Shown in pieces: positions 13,991 to 28,900 of a DNA stretch of 62,000 bases. The notes under the pieces are model-generated. The model did no database searches, was not told the DNA's origin, and saw nothing but the letters and a program-made list of their open reading frames with translations. Made by a program: the position numbers and the translations under genes. Source of the stretch: Acanthaster planci (taxonomy: Eukaryota); contig NW_019091401.1 of NCBI RefSeq assembly GCF_001949145.1, forward strand, positions 806,001-868,000, written 5' to 3'. Each line of letters starts with the position of its first letter. Within the stretch, counting starts at the first letter, position 1.

Positions 13991-14118
13991 ATACATGTAC
14001 ATGTACGTACATGTATGTTGCAATCACTCAAGCTTGCATTCAAGTACAGGGTACATGTACGTACATGTACATGTATGTTGCAATCACTCAAGCTTGCATT
14101 CAAGTACAGGGTACATGT
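13991..14118. repeat. Minisatellite, 54-60 bp unit, running into an N gap
   Basis: Repeated GTTGCAATCACTCAAGCTTGCATTCAAGTACAGG plus a variable TACATG run. Confidence 0.85.
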
Positions 14119-14767
14119 NNNNNNNNNNNNNNNNNNNNNNNNNNNNNNNNNNNNNNNNNNNNNNNNNNNNNNNNNNNNNNNNNNNNNNNNNNNNNNNNNN
14201 NNNNNNNNNNNNNNNNNNNNNNNNNNNNNNNNNNNNNNNNNNNNNNNNNNNNNNNNNNNNNNNNNNNNNNNNNNNNNNNNNNNNNNNNNNNNNNNNNNNN
14301 NNNNNNNNNNNNNNNNNNNNNNNNNNNNNNNNNNNNNNNNNNNNNNNNNNNNNNNNNNNNNGTACATGTATGCGATATTTACATGTACCAAAGCCTGCAT
14401 TCATGCAGTGAAGTACTAGTACTGTACATGCCATTTAATGATTTTTAGGTTAAAAGATGGTGCTTCAAATTACATTGATACAGTTTCTTCATTATGAGTT
14501 TGATCTTTTCAAGCAGAAAGCACAATCATAATACAGGGCTAAAAAAACAATAAGCAAGCCAGAATGGCCTGCACTGTCAATCATTCATCCTGTTCTGTAC
14601 ACAGTGTTCCACTTGATCTTCCTTCATCTATGAGTTGAAACAGATTGGATATTAAAAATAAACCAATAGATGGTGCTTTATATGTACAAGTGTGTGCTGT
14701 TTGGTGCTGAGCAGGATCTCAAGATTATTTTCTGGGATGGATGGAGAGGTGAGAATGTGTGTTACCG

Positions 14768-14832
14768 ATGTACATGTACGTGTACATGTACATGTATATG
14801 TACATGTATATGTACAAATACAATACATGTAT
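14768..14832. repeat. Dense (TACATG)n-type array
   Basis: Successive TACATGTA, TACGTGTA and TATGTA units; the motif recurs throughout the non-coding DNA of the window. Confidence 0.8.
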
Positions 14833-16859
14833 GTATTGGACATGGGCAGGATAAGTCTGCTTGTGCTGTTTTCACGAGGATAGTTGATACATGTAGCTGT
14901 AGCTGGGCCAGCTTATCGAGGCATCTCAGGTCTGATTAATTTCAGCCAGTGTTTCAAACACTGCATCAGCCATGGACAAAAATGAAGCGCACACTGTGTC
15001 TTGCTGTGGAGTACATGTACATGTTCTGTATATGTACCAGTAGCACAGGCCCAGGACAACATAAGCACAGTGCAATGCATCCCTTTAGACCAGATTTATC
15101 TGAAATTTAAAGCGTTAATGAGGCACTTTCAGGAGATTCCTGCAAAGGATTTTGCAGGAAAGCACGTACATGTTTGTGAACAGTGTACATGTGTTAAGAT
15201 TATCTTTGCCTCATTGTTTTCGTGACTTGATTCGCTGACTTGGACTCAAATCAAACTTGAACCGCTGGCTTTTTGACTTTAGGCTTGACTTGGAAAAAGT
15301 GACTTGTGACTCAACTTGGAAAAATAACTTAGAACAGTTTGACTTGTTGACATTGTCAACTTTGGTTAAACACCACATTTGTGCAAAAAATCCTGTCTTT
15401 CTTCCTGTGTGTACTAGTACTTGACTTGTGTGCAAACAGCAAACCTGTCCGGGAAGTAACTGCATTTTTCCATGGTAAAATGAGGTTGACAAGTCAGACC
15501 CATTTTGCAAATCATCCCTGTTTCATCATCAGTCAAGGATGTTAGAAAAAGTACACAAGTATGAGTTCGAACATCACAAAGGCTCCAAAAAATGGCCTGG
15601 GATTTAGAACTTGCTTTGAAAAATTGACTTTTGCCTTGACTTTTTCAGGACAAAGTGACTTCCAAGTTAGACAGAATACTCTATACCTTGACCAATTGTT
15701 CATGAAGACGTGTGATAACTGAAACTACATGTAAAACTGAAATTTTACTGCATAGAAATTCATGAATATTCATGAGTGCAGCATTAGTCTCCTGAGGGGT
15801 TCGCTGAGTGGAACGGAACATTCCCTATGTCAGTGGATGAAAGAGCTGTCCATTCCTCAATCCACAAGTGTGAAACATTCATTGTTTGATTTACCTGAAT
15901 AAATCCCCAGTTGGACTTGCTGAGTAAATCCTTCCCTCCCCTGCCAGTGCAGAAATTGCTTGTGACCACAAATTTGCCAGTGGAATGGAAGTGCAGTGAA
16001 ATTCAAAGACACCAGATCAGCAATCCATTGATCAAATGACAGAGATCTACCATGTGTAAAGGCGCTATATTTATGACAAGTGCTACTGTTCAACAGAAAT
16101 GTACATACATTTGAGAGATAATGCAGGTACATGTACAGTACCGTACCAAATCAGACTTTCCATCCCTTTGCTGCTAAATGTACACTGTGTACATGTACAT
16201 TGTAAATGAACATGTTCCTGCAGATGATGCATCATGTACATGTATGTATGGATGAAATACAATTGCAGAACAATTTGGGGGAAAAATCACACTTGTGAAA
16301 TAGTTTTTATACTGATTATCCGTGTAAAATGAATCTTCAAACGAAATACACTTTCGCATTTGAAATGATTGATACTTTCTTGTTGAACTGATTCTGACTA
16401 CAAAGTGCCAGGGTTCTAATACAAAGATTTGTTTGAATTTGATACACCCTATGCAGTGATATTGATCTTTTAAGTGGTCATCCAAGCTTGCGTATACATG
16501 TTTGTAGAGTGACATCCAATACTCTAATGTGCTTTATCATACACTTAGCATCTTGTTCGTGTATACTGGTACCTCATGTGTGGGCCTGATAGAAATCACA
16601 GTTTTTCCTTTCCTCTTCCTCTTGTATTGCAGTTTGGTAAAAAAAAAACACAGCCCACTCTTTTTTGTTTGCCACAAACCAGCAATACAGATCACCAGAT
16701 TGGCCTATCTGATCCAAGTGCAAGCCTCTGGCTGGCGCGCACTGATCCTGCCGGATTCGTTTAAGGCCGTTGTGTTCTGGGAGAAACTGCTGTGAATCTA
16801 TCATCGGTAATCAGTGCGATCTCATCACAGTCACCGGGAACAGTTCGGACAGACCGTAC

Positions 16860-16963
16860 ATGGACAGCAGGTTGACACCTTTGCCAAATTCAACAATGGC
16901 AGCTGCTGATTCTGTCTTGTTTAGCAAGCCGGTGGAGGTCCCACTTCCAAGCCAATACCAGAG
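16860..16963 (+). CDS. HEXD: HEXD coding exon 1 (MDSRLTP...SQYQR); alternative start ATG at MAAADS
   Basis: ATG at 16860; donor AG|gtacat in phase 2 matches the next exon (AG+A=R). Confidence 0.7.
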
Positions 16964-19900
16964 GTACATGTTACAACAATTTATGTCAAGGAGATTTCTT
17001 TATTAGAAGGGTGAGGGGAAGCTCTTTGTCATGCCTTGTCTTCATTTTTGAAAACGAAGCAAACGTATTTAAGCACAGTACCCAGGTACCTGTAGGATAG
17101 AAGGAAAGTAAAGAAACTACGTATGCTGTAGGTACTGATGTACAAGTACTGTACACGCAAGTGCTCCATCAATGAGAATGTTGAATCTGGTTGAAATTAC
17201 AGTGTAAGTTTTAGAAAACGGGAACCCAGAACTGTACAGTGAAAAGCTTTTATCTGCTGCACACTTCTCACTGTGCCAGGTGCACTGTAAGTTTTCCTAC
17301 TAGTTGAAATATTCGGGGTGTAAAACTCCCCTCAAATTTCTCACCTTGTGTGTTTCATCTGTGTGTTTCACTTCAGACTGGTGCATCTAGACTTGAAGGG
17401 AGCCCCGTTAAAAATGGATTTTCTCAGCAAGGTGAGTATCCTTACACATCTCACACATACGGAAAAATTCCAGTGTATTGACAGTTTTCCCCAACATAAT
17501 GTGCCTTCCTTAGAGCCATGCTAGAGGTTCATTCCTCTGCCTTAGCCAGAGCCGATCTCCAAAATTTAAACATGTACGTGTATGCACGTAGTTGTATAAA
17601 GACTAGTCAATTTGTCATTCGTAGTGATGTTTTCTTTGGTGTTGTTTTCACATGGACAGTTCATTTTTTGCCATTTTGCATCCAGCCCCCCCGGTCAAAT
17701 TTTATCAATACTCCATCATGCTTCACTGGCCAATGAGTGCTCTTAGTGATTGCGATTTCTGCACGGTTTGGTGCAATCATTGGTCTGTGATAGTCAGGTG
17801 ACTGCTCCTATACAGGTACTGGTACATTGCCCCCAGCAAGAGCAACATGTACCAATGCATGTACATGTTGATGCATCATGTAGTAGCTGAACTGACATAT
17901 ATCAAGCAGAATTGTTCTATTTAATCATGAGAGATCACGCACATGTAATTATTGAAACGTGAGGCAAAACAGGTGCGTTGTGTCTGTTGGTCCCCGAACA
18001 TTTTTCAATCCAAAGTTGTAAGGTGCCAGGAAGATAGAAAAGATCTGGCAGGAATGTACATGTAATGTTAGTGGAATGGGTGGATAAATTATTGGATAGT
18101 TGATGCAGCTTTTTCACCCACATACATGTAAGTTTGTCAAAATTAGTGAAAGACTAATAAAATCAAATATCAACCTGGGCAGCAACTGGGTCAACGTGGT
18201 TTTTCTGAGGCAGTGCGCACTGTACCGGTAGGTGATTTCTCATAACTTACTGTAACCCTGCTCCACTTTTGAGCTTTATATAACTTTGTGCTGAAGCTGT
18301 GCAATGCACTTTGGGAATTTCATTACAAGCTGTGTACATGTACGCACCAGTGTCAACATCTTACGTACACTGTACATGTACATGTATTTCAAACATTTTA
18401 ACGATCTTACATGTGTACATGTACATGTACTTAGAGAGGACAGTCTTTGGTGACAGATTTTGCAGTGACTGTTTCTTATACAACTTTGCAAATCTACACG
18501 TACATCAAACTTGTGATTACACCCTCACTTTTTCTTCGTTGGAATGGGCAGCAAACTTCAAAGAAGATGAAGGTTTTCGTTGCATTTCAAAACAGTCATA
18601 AACTGCACTGAATTTTTAAATTGACAATGGTCGTGATCGTTTAGAGTATCGTTTATTTCTGATTTTCTCACCACAACGACATGTATGTAGTTACACCACC
18701 CAAAATAATTGTGTTGGTTTACAGTACTCCATAAGTTGTTGCACAGTTTATAGACTAATTATACCTTGATGAAACGTGCCTTGTGGAGGTTATACATGTA
18801 CATGATGGCATGGCATTGTGGAGTTAAGCTATTCCACAAAGTTCTGTGATATCAGCTGCTGATCTGAACCATTTTCTGGTGCAGTTTTTAAAAGGTTTCA
18901 ACATACATGTACATGTAATTGTTCATGTTTTAGATTCTTTTGTTCTGGCTACCTGTTCCTCTTATTCACACATTACATTTTCATGCACATAAATATGGGC
19001 GATTCGATAAATTAGGGGTCCAACTTGGGGACATTTGGGTGTCCTGTTACACGTGAAGCCAGTCAACTTTTCTTCATGTAAAATTGTAACATTATCAAAC
19101 ATTGTGCAGATTGAACTGTATATTGTACAGGTCATAAACAATGTAATCCTGTTTGATCTACAGAATGTGAACAGTACTAATATTAGTTCCATCCAGAAAA
19201 TTTGAATGGTTTCACCTGTAACAAAACACCAAAATGTCCCTAAGTTGGACCTCTAATTTATATAATCACCCATGTACATGCACATGCCTCTACATGGAAA
19301 CACGGTACGTTTACATAGGCTGAAATAGCATTGCTTTAATTTTGGAAAACCTTTACTTTGGAACATCAATGTGCTGTACGTAGAAGATAATTACGTAGGA
19401 AGTAACACGTGTACATGTACCTGATGATAATAAAAACTAGCTTTCATTTCCGCAAATGACTACAAAAACCAACGCATGCAATTCTAGCCATTATTGATAG
19501 CATCCGTCCTTCCATCAGGGCTTATTGCTTTTCATTTGGGTTTTGAGGCAGCTGGGATTTGATGAAAAGGGATGGTACAATGGGGAGCGACTTAAATTAC
19601 AAGATTGCTGCGTGAGTCATGCACTTCAGTGTCTAGGGCCACTGAAGATGCGGCAGTTCAATGAAACTCAATGTAGTAACCAAACGGTGGCTGCAAACCC
19701 GCTCAAAAAAAAGAGAAAATTTGTTACGCAAGTCCCACCAGTCGATCAGTGATCTAATAAAACCGGCATCAAATGAATTTGAGATGTTCCCATCACCAGG
19801 GAATGGAGGAGATTTAGAAAAAAAACCTGACAGGCAGAGCCGGCTTAGCCCTCAAACAGGATCTGATCATTAACTCCAGCCGGATATATATACACTCGTG

Positions 19901-22900
19901 ACTGCATATGCAGAGGGTTGTGGCACAGTATAAGGAGTCCCACTGTCCAGGACTACTGTCTGAGATTTTCCCTTGCCCATTAATTATTGAATGCACCGCT
20001 GCTGTCTGTGAGCGTTAAGAATCTAAACTAAAACAAATACTGTACCAGTGTAGCCGTCTCCAAAATGTTCATCCATTTTGTAGCTCACTTGAGGGAAGAC
20101 GATAGAAATACAACCTCAGCGAGAATGAATTGCAGAATGTGGGGTCTGATGTCTGTCACATTGGCAGCAAAAACATACAGAGCATGGAGTAAACCCAGTC
20201 ATGATGATGTGGGTTTCGCTCCATACAGAGCATGGAGTAAACCCGGTCATGATGATGTGGGTTCGCTCCATACAGAGCATGGAGTAAACATTGCATTGCA
20301 TGCAGTAAACAGAGCATTGGCAGCAAAAACATACAGAGCATGGAGTAAACCCAGTCATGATGATATGGGTTCAGTCAGCGCTTTGGAGGCAGTTACATTA
20401 GGTTAGGCTAAACTAGGCCAAGCTAGCCAAGCAAAATACATGTACATGTCGTAACCTGTTACTTGTTATGGTATCATCCCAACTAAGTAAATCACAGCAA
20501 TACCTACCAGTAGCTTAAGTAAGTTTCGTTGAAACATGTGAGTACAGTAGACTAATATTGCATGCATCATCCTGCATTGTTTTTTTATTATTTTGTATGG
20601 AGCATGTGTACATTTTTTTCAGAGATAAAGCCCATTTTAAAATACAGCTCTGTTTCTGTCATTTTCATTTTCTTTTCTCTTCTTTTCCTTGTTTGTTCTG
20701 TTTTATTTTATTGTTACTGCTAGCAGAAACATTAATTGGACCTTAATTACGTACATCCTGATTCATGCTGATAGTCTCATTGAAATGAAGAAACCCATTG
20801 AAAAAATTTACTTGTAACTGCAGTTACATTGTACACGTACATGTACCATAGTACCCCAATTGATTTGTTATTACTGGTCTATATGTACCCAAGGCCTTGA
20901 GCATCATGAGTTTTTTTCTCTTTTCACAATCCAGCAGTGTGCTTAATGTGCTTCCCGTGGCATTTTTAAAATCAGTTTAAAAAGAATGTGACGTTTCATT
21001 AATGTCAGGAGCTCAGTTAAAAGCATAGAAATTTGCATTGCCAAGATCTAAGTTACGTATCAAACCACACGTACGTGTACAAGTTATCTACATGTAAATG
21101 GCTGGAAAATGATTTGTACATGTACCTAGCTGGTGACCAATTTTCTTCAGATATTTTGCTCAGAAAAAAATGGCTTAGCTACATTATATTATCTGTCTTA
21201 ACCAGGCATACAAGTTTTCCTCGGATCAGCTGATTTCCTCGTTTTTCACTCCACACTCATGCCATTTCAAATTGGAAAACACCCCACGAAGTCTAGTAAA
21301 GTTTAGAATTTCCTTGTTTTTTTCCAAAGTCCAAGTTGCCTTTTTAACAGCTCCCCAAATTGGTCCCGGTCAAGAGAACTTGAGAATTTCTTGCCTCCTC
21401 AGGATGGCCTTGTGTGAAAACAATATTAGGTCTGTTCACTGGGGCAAGCATACAGCCGTGACTGCAGGAGAAACATTATTGCCCTACTGATTTTCATGCA
21501 CATACTGTACATGTCTACTGTATGTATGTAGGCTACAGATTTCCCGCCTATAGTCCATTTCTGCTCCAGTTTTAATGTTGGACGTGCCATGCATGAAAAG
21601 AGTTTAATTACCTCCCAATACAACTAGAGTAGGTTGACTTGGGGCAAGTACATCTACATGGCAGAAAGTTGGAGAGAGATTCCTTTGATGTATTTCCCCA
21701 GTGAGTTTTCTCATTAAGTGCGAGTTAGGCCAAGATTATTAATTTCTTTTCCAAGTGGCCACTGGGGTAATAGGGCACTTAGAGCGCTGCAATATTCAGC
21801 CAGATAGGCATGCCTGTCATTATGCATTTACGGCTGTGGAAATGGTAGTGAAAGTTAAAACTGTTTTGAATTTGAGAAATTGCGTACATGTACATGTAAA
21901 TGGTTATAAAATAGCTGAGTACGGTACATGTAGTTGATCGTACATCACTTCTACAGAGACGAGGACAACCTTTAGTTTCTTGTGTAAATTACCAGTACTC
22001 ATAACTTCTCTGAATTCAAGGCTATGGACCTTGATAAAGACTTGCACGTAAATCTTTAACATTAATGGTGTTTGCAGAAGAGGTCTGTAACTTCTAATGT
22101 GTGTGTACATGTATGCCAAAACCCCTATCGCGCTGATAATCCAACAAGGTTTGTGCAGCCCAGTCCCCTCACAAATTGTGCATCGTGTGGGCCACCATCA
22201 GATTGATAATGGACGAGCTGTATACCCTGTTTAGCGGTATCTTAATTACGCCTGGTTGTGCTGAGCTCAGTTGTTCAGGATACGAGATGTCTTTACCAGT
22301 GTTCAGGAGAAGAAAACCATTATGCAATGTAATAGTACCTGCAGCTATGTACCCGATACACATTTGCAGATAAAGTGGTAAATGCTAGAGTTCTGACATT
22401 TCCATCGTGCAATCGTTCTTGAAGATTACAACAATTCTGCTATAATGGAAATATGTCAGGCCCTCAAATGAGTTTTACTATGAAGTCAAAACTGACATGA
22501 AGACCAGAACAAAGAAATGTTAAAGCCTTTTGGGGGGGCGCTCGTTCATTTCATGCGCATCAGTGGGATGTGCAAAGCCAGAAGAGACAAGTAGAATGAA
22601 TTCTGATCTTTCTTTTCTTTTTTTTCCATTCTTTTGTCTAGCTGATTGTCAAACTGAAGGAGTGGGGAGCCACCGGTTTACTGGTCGAATACGAAGACAC
22701 GTTCCCCTACACTGGGGATCTTACTGAGCTGGCACTACCTAGTGCATACAGGTAAGGACGGAGAGGCACTAAAAGCCTTTGTGCCTCGCCGTGCATACGA
22801 TTCGGTACATGAGTATGCCTCACAAGATTTACAGACCATTTTCTGTATCAAGTTTTGGGTCCAAGTCTCAGATGAAGAAGGTCCCTGATGAGGTGCAGGT

Positions 22901-25900
22901 GCTCAAACCTCATCTCTCACCGACCAAGACATGTTATTGCAAGATATTTAATATGTGAGTGCACATCGTGGGTCATGTGGGTGTTTTTCCTCACTTGTAT
23001 GTTTGTGAGGGAAACGATCAGAGGACATGGCTTGTGAAGCACACTCGATGGAGGTGATACAAAAGAAGAAGAACCATGTATTTATGCACACGATGATACT
23101 GCCCTCAGGGGAGTAAGAAGATCAAACTTTACAGATCCTTTATCTTTCCCCCATGAGTGCGCAGAGAAATTGCATACACAGTAAACGTATACCATAGGAT
23201 GCTTGAGTGCTTTGTTTTTGTATGTCATTTCTTGCATGGATTGCTTAAATGGAAACGATGCGCTTCTGTGGACCCGGGGACAGACTTAAGTACCCTCTGA
23301 CATCCATACATGTACATGTTTATGCAACAAAGGAAGTGTTAAAGTAATCAGAAGCATTACCTAGGGAATTGGCAAAGACATGGTCTGATGTGGCATAGAG
23401 AAATGCATACAACGTGTTGATGAAAAGATGGGGAATGTTGATGAGCATTTAGGTGGTAGAGTGTTTATACAAGTACACATACAGTCAATTCTCGTTATAA
23501 CAAAGTTGCAGGCAGCAGACAGATTACTTTTTTACACAGGACTTCATTATAAGAGGAGTGAAAAAAGAGAAAAACATAAGAATTCAAAAGTGGGATCCTC
23601 AAAATTTGTTCTTTATAACAAGAGTCACCTTTAGATGATCATTTGAGGCATAGTGAAAAGGAAAACAAGAAGTCCTTGTACCTGACACAAGCAGCCCGTG
23701 TGCACTGAACCAGTGAACTTTGTGTCGTATCAAGTGTAAGACTGTTCAGTTGGGGATGTGATTGAGAAGACCAGTATTCATTAATGCTAGTGGAATATTA
23801 CACTCCATATTACCAAGTGCACTGGGCCACATCTGTCTAAACTCTCACAGAAGAGAAAAAATGTAGCTTGTACAGATTTAGTAGACAGATCTGAAATCCA
23901 GCACATTGGTTGCAGTCAGTGAGAAAAAAACGATGCATTATGTAAATTGGAAAGGAAAATAATGCTGTTATACATTTAGCAAGTCACGCTTGTGCCAGAT
24001 ACTTTAACCTTTATACTACGGCACAGCTTGTGTAATGTTGTGTATAAGGGGAGTGTAGCCCTCGTGCATGAGGTTTGTACACGTACATGTAACTCCTTAT
24101 TGGAATGTCTGAGGTTTGAAATCAGCTGTTGGAAGCAACTTGTGATGGCCTGGCATTCCAGCCAGCAGCAGAATTCTCAGTTGTCGGATGCTGAAGGACT
24201 TGGAGATAAACACCAGCGAGATGAGCTGCATTGGCTTGGGACAGATTTTACTCACCACACTTTACTACCCTGTGCAATGTGAAGTTTGTTTGACGTGTTC
24301 ACCACACTGTCAGATTCAAAAACCTGTCAGTTGTCCCTTGCAGGCTTGGTGGTCGAGTAGTTTGGACATCAGCATCTAGAATCTAAAGTGTCACGTCATT
24401 TTGTACTTGGAAGTGTAGTGCAAATGACTAGAGTATGTGCACCTGTTGGTTCACAGGCTGATTCTTGCACTGATGTCTTTTACATGTACAAATGTACTGG
24501 TACATGTACATACATAATTGTGTTAGTGACTTATTCACTTCGGTATTCTGTACCACCAAAGCAAGCAAACATGTATGAATGTTTTCTATATCATGAGCCC
24601 TCTGATGTCTGAGTAATTACTTTCAAGTCTGACAAAGATAATTTTGGAAAGACCAGAACGAATATTAAATTTGCATCTCTGTGACATAAAAATTCTACTG
24701 TCGATCAGCAACTCTCTGTTGCTGAGAGTGTGTTTGATGAGAGCCTTCTCAAATGTTTACCAACCCTTACTTGAAACGCAATAACAGCTCTGTCTGTGTT
24801 CAGTCATATAACCTGATGAGTACAATGAGGAAAGGATGTAATCACTATACAAAACTACCTGAGTTGGAAATTGCAAAATAGAGGGTACTCCTTTAGTCTG
24901 TCCACTCATCCCCTTGTTCCGCGAATCCCATATTTGTCAGGTTTGAAGTGGTATCCTTGCAAATACTGACTACCGCTTTACATGCTTCAACATTTCGGGC
25001 ACCTGACAAGCATACTAATATTCTTCCCATGAATGTATTTCCCTCGTACATGTAAAGGTAGCCGCTGCCTTTGACCAAATGGAATGTGCACGTACAGAAT
25101 TTTACCAACAGAGTTACAAACTTTGACTTTAATCCTGGGCAGTTGGCAAGAAAAAAGTTTAAGCACTGTATAAAAAGCAAGCAGCTACAGAGATGCGCAT
25201 TTAGCTAAAGCTGCACTGTTTGCAACAGTGCAGTTTGCCAGCTGGAACCTGGCAGAAAAGAAATATTGCCCCATGAAAAATCTTCCCCTTAGACACCAAA
25301 AAAAAAATGCAAAGGGGACAAAGAGTTAGCAATGAAAAGGCATTATTGTTCTTGTAGTGCATACATTTGTATACTGTACATGTATGTGCAGTAGTCAAAG
25401 CATAGAGCAAGGATGGTCAAAGAAAGTGCTTGATTCTTCCATCAGGGAAAATATGCATACAGTAGTTCACCTGTGTGTAAACATCTTAGCATCCTGTCGG
25501 TGCATTTATACACAGTGTACCATTGGTTTACATGTAAAGGCACATGTATGTAATTCATATACAGGTACGTTGAACATGTACTGTATGTGGTCTACATGTG
25601 CATGTACTTGGAAAAGTTGAGGGGTTGTTGATCATGTTCATTTTGAGATTTATTTTCTCATTTCACTTGCATATTTCAGAGAATTGTTTTGTGCATTTTT
25701 GTTTTCATTTCACGTGTTATCTTCAGCCTGGCTGACCTCAAGGTTCTCCAGCAGCTAGCTAGAGACAATGACATGGAGTACATCCCCGTAGTTCAGACCT
25801 TCGGCCATCTAGAGGTGACTGTTTTTTTCACATTCCTCTGATAGCCCATTTTCTCTAGATCTCACATATATGTAGACTCATGATTGGGTATCAACAATTC

Positions 25901-28900
25901 ATGAGACCTCATTATATACATGTATGCTCACTACCCTGGGTGGCATGTAGTGCCAGTACATACATGTATAAGTGGAATTAAAAATCATCACCTTGCCTTG
26001 GCATGGCAACTGTTCTTGCGAGGGGCTTGTGCATTACCACACTCGTTCCAGAACAAAAGGGTAATATTGACAGACCTTGGGTTTTTGTTTTGTTTTGTGG
26101 GGGGGACAGTTGTTTGTTTGGAGGCAAGAAGAGTCGTTCAGATGTGAATAACCTTTGACGTTATTTACTTATTGTTTGTCGACAGTATGTGTTGAAACAC
26201 AACAAGTTTGTCCACCTGAGGGAAGTACCAGAGTTCCCAACCAGTATTTGTCCATCGAAAGAAGGTGAAGTCAGACATGGCAGTAGACATAACCCTCATT
26301 CAATGTCACAATTGTACTTGTTGCCTGCCAGTGGCTGGTGAATTATGACTGGTCATCAGCAAAGACATAACCCACACAGGGTTGAAAAGTCTTACATAGC
26401 CAGCAAAATTAATGTCCTCTAAAAACTGGAACTATATGCAAACACATCCCCCAAATATTTGGGCAAATGTTTATTTTGAGGCAGAACCTGTCACAATCCA
26501 GGAGTATTGTTTCTGTAAATGTTTGCCGCCTAGACAAAGAGTAGGCAGTGTTGAGGTCTGTACAACAGCTTAGGGCCAATTTCATAGAGCTGCCTAAGCA
26601 CAAAATTTGCTTAAGCGTGAAAAAAACCTTGCTTGACAAATAAGGTTACCTGCCAAAACTCCCATGTGATGTATATTGTTTTGGAATGGTATTCACCTGT
26701 CTGTGGGTTAGCATGACAATTACATAGATTTTTAGCTGGTAACCTTTGTTTTTAAGCAAGGTTTTTGCGCTTAAGCAAATTTTGTGCATAAGCAGTTCTA
26801 TGAAATTGGCCCCTGGCACTTAAGTATCATTTAGTAACCTGATTAATCAACCACTGTGTCAGCTTTGGGTTACATTTTCAATTAAATGAAAAACACTTCT
26901 TAGAGATTTCTTACCAGAAACCACAAGAAATGACCCAAAAAGTACATGTATTATAGCCAAATTCTCCAACATTTTTTACAACAGTGGGAGTATTTTGGAG
27001 ACTGGTTTGCTCAGTACAATATAACTAGTTTCTTGGTGAAAGCGGCACACATTTGAAAAATAATGTCTACCCAAGATTCTGCTTTGTGGCAAAATAAATC
27101 AATTTCGGTGACTGAGATCTAAGCATGCTAAGATTGTGAACGTTTTCATGGTCTACTGAAAGGTTTGTACACCCTTTTGTTAACAGTGTTTCTGTGACGT
27201 TTTGTATAAATGTTACTGTAAAAAGCAAACAAATACTGTTTGTGTCGAGCCTTGAGCTCTTTGAATTTCTGGGCTGTGCAGCCACAGCGTAGGACACTCA
27301 GATGAGTCATACATTGACAGATGGCCCTCAAGGTAATGGGAGGGCAGAGTTGCTGTACGTGCCAGGAATTTGCACCTGTCTCATTATTAGTTCTTGTGCA
27401 AGTATTCGGACCTCCTGCCTTCCTCCAAGCCAAGTTTTGTTGAAGTTCAGTGGTTCCAAATGCCCACTAATGGCATAGCAGGATTTGAGCAATTTACATG
27501 CGTAAGCAGAGCATGCCATATTCTAGGACCAGACTACATGTACATCAAGCAGTTTAATGTTGCTGTGTGGATCATTGTTTCAAATTGTGCTGGTACACCA
27601 ACATTATACTCTATTTGATTTTCCCACAAGGCTGGATCCAGTCGAATGTTTGTCCTTACAATGTTTGGGTACGGCACATAAACTGAGCATTTTAGTTCTT
27701 TGTGTTATATGCCATGTATTTAAATGCATATTGCTTGGCATGCAAAACCTTTAAAACAACTTGTTTTCTACATTGAAACTGTTAACATATTTCCTTTTGC
27801 CATTTGTTTCTTGTTGAACTTAATTTGGGGGCGACATGTTCATGCACCGTAGCCTTTGAAACACATGTAGATTGACGTGTAGCTTTTCTTTGCATTTCAA
27901 GCTTTGAATACTTTAAACATGTACATGTACTGTTGCTCTTCTTTTTATAGCAAAGTGCTTTTTGCATTTTCAATTACAAAAATGCCATCAGTCGACCCAG
28001 GTGTTGGGGTGTGGAATGTCATGACATTGTGTTCATTGTTCTCACTGGTACCCTGTTTAATTGGTTGAGTGATTTGTTTTATGTCGTCAGATTCCCTCCT
28101 GTTAATTCAGGAGCTACTAGACCAAGTCATCCAGGCACATGACGGCCTGAAGTACTTCAGCATCGGTGCTGATGAAGTAAGCCCCCTTTGCCTGTCCTGT
28201 CCAAGTTAGACTTGGTTTGTGCATGCGTGCTGTTTGGGTTTGTTCTGTCAGTCAGCAAGGTAAAGAAAAGATTCATACCCCCCCCCCCAGACTGTCTCGC
28301 ACGTTTCTAACCTGTGAAGAGAGTGACTAAGACACCCTCAGTGCAACTCCAATGTTTGTTGTATGAATTGAACCCCATACAGACCTGCCAACCTAGCCGT
28401 ACTCCTTGCGGAGGTCAGGCATTACCACACAATGGATTAAAAGGCACATGTATTTAAATGAGCCTCCAGTTCATTTAAATTTTTAATCTATTGCGTGGTA
28501 ATGCCTGACCTCCAGGAGTATGGCATGTTGGCAGGTCTGCATGTAGTTTTAAATTTGTCAGACAAACTGGTTATAAGAAAGCAATAAATGAAATTTCCAT
28601 GGGCTTTTTTCTGTAAAATACTTGGTTCTTCATGTCCACAGGCACATTACACACACATGCATACGCAAGTATCCATGACTTAGCCAAATTGTCAACCAAA
28701 TTCTAATTTCAACTTTTTGCCTTCTCTTCTGAAAGGATAATATCTCACCACATCATGCTGAAGACTTTTCCATGTGGGAATTATAGGCCTATGTTTAAAC
28801 CATTCAGCATATTAAGAGGAATTTCCAGCCCCTGTTAGGTGAAAGGCTGCTCATAACAAATGGTACTCAGTACCAAATATTCCCTCAGGGACAAACACCC

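Noticed and set aside
11132..16500. Numerous 60-110 aa ORFs rich in C/T/Y/M/H/V
   Set aside because: They are by-products of stop-free TACATG repeats, with no domain motifs or consistent splice structure.
23482..23630. pogo/Tigger-like TIR (TA|CAGTCAATTCTCGTTATAAC)
   Set aside because: Only one terminus is recognisable, so no element can be delimited.
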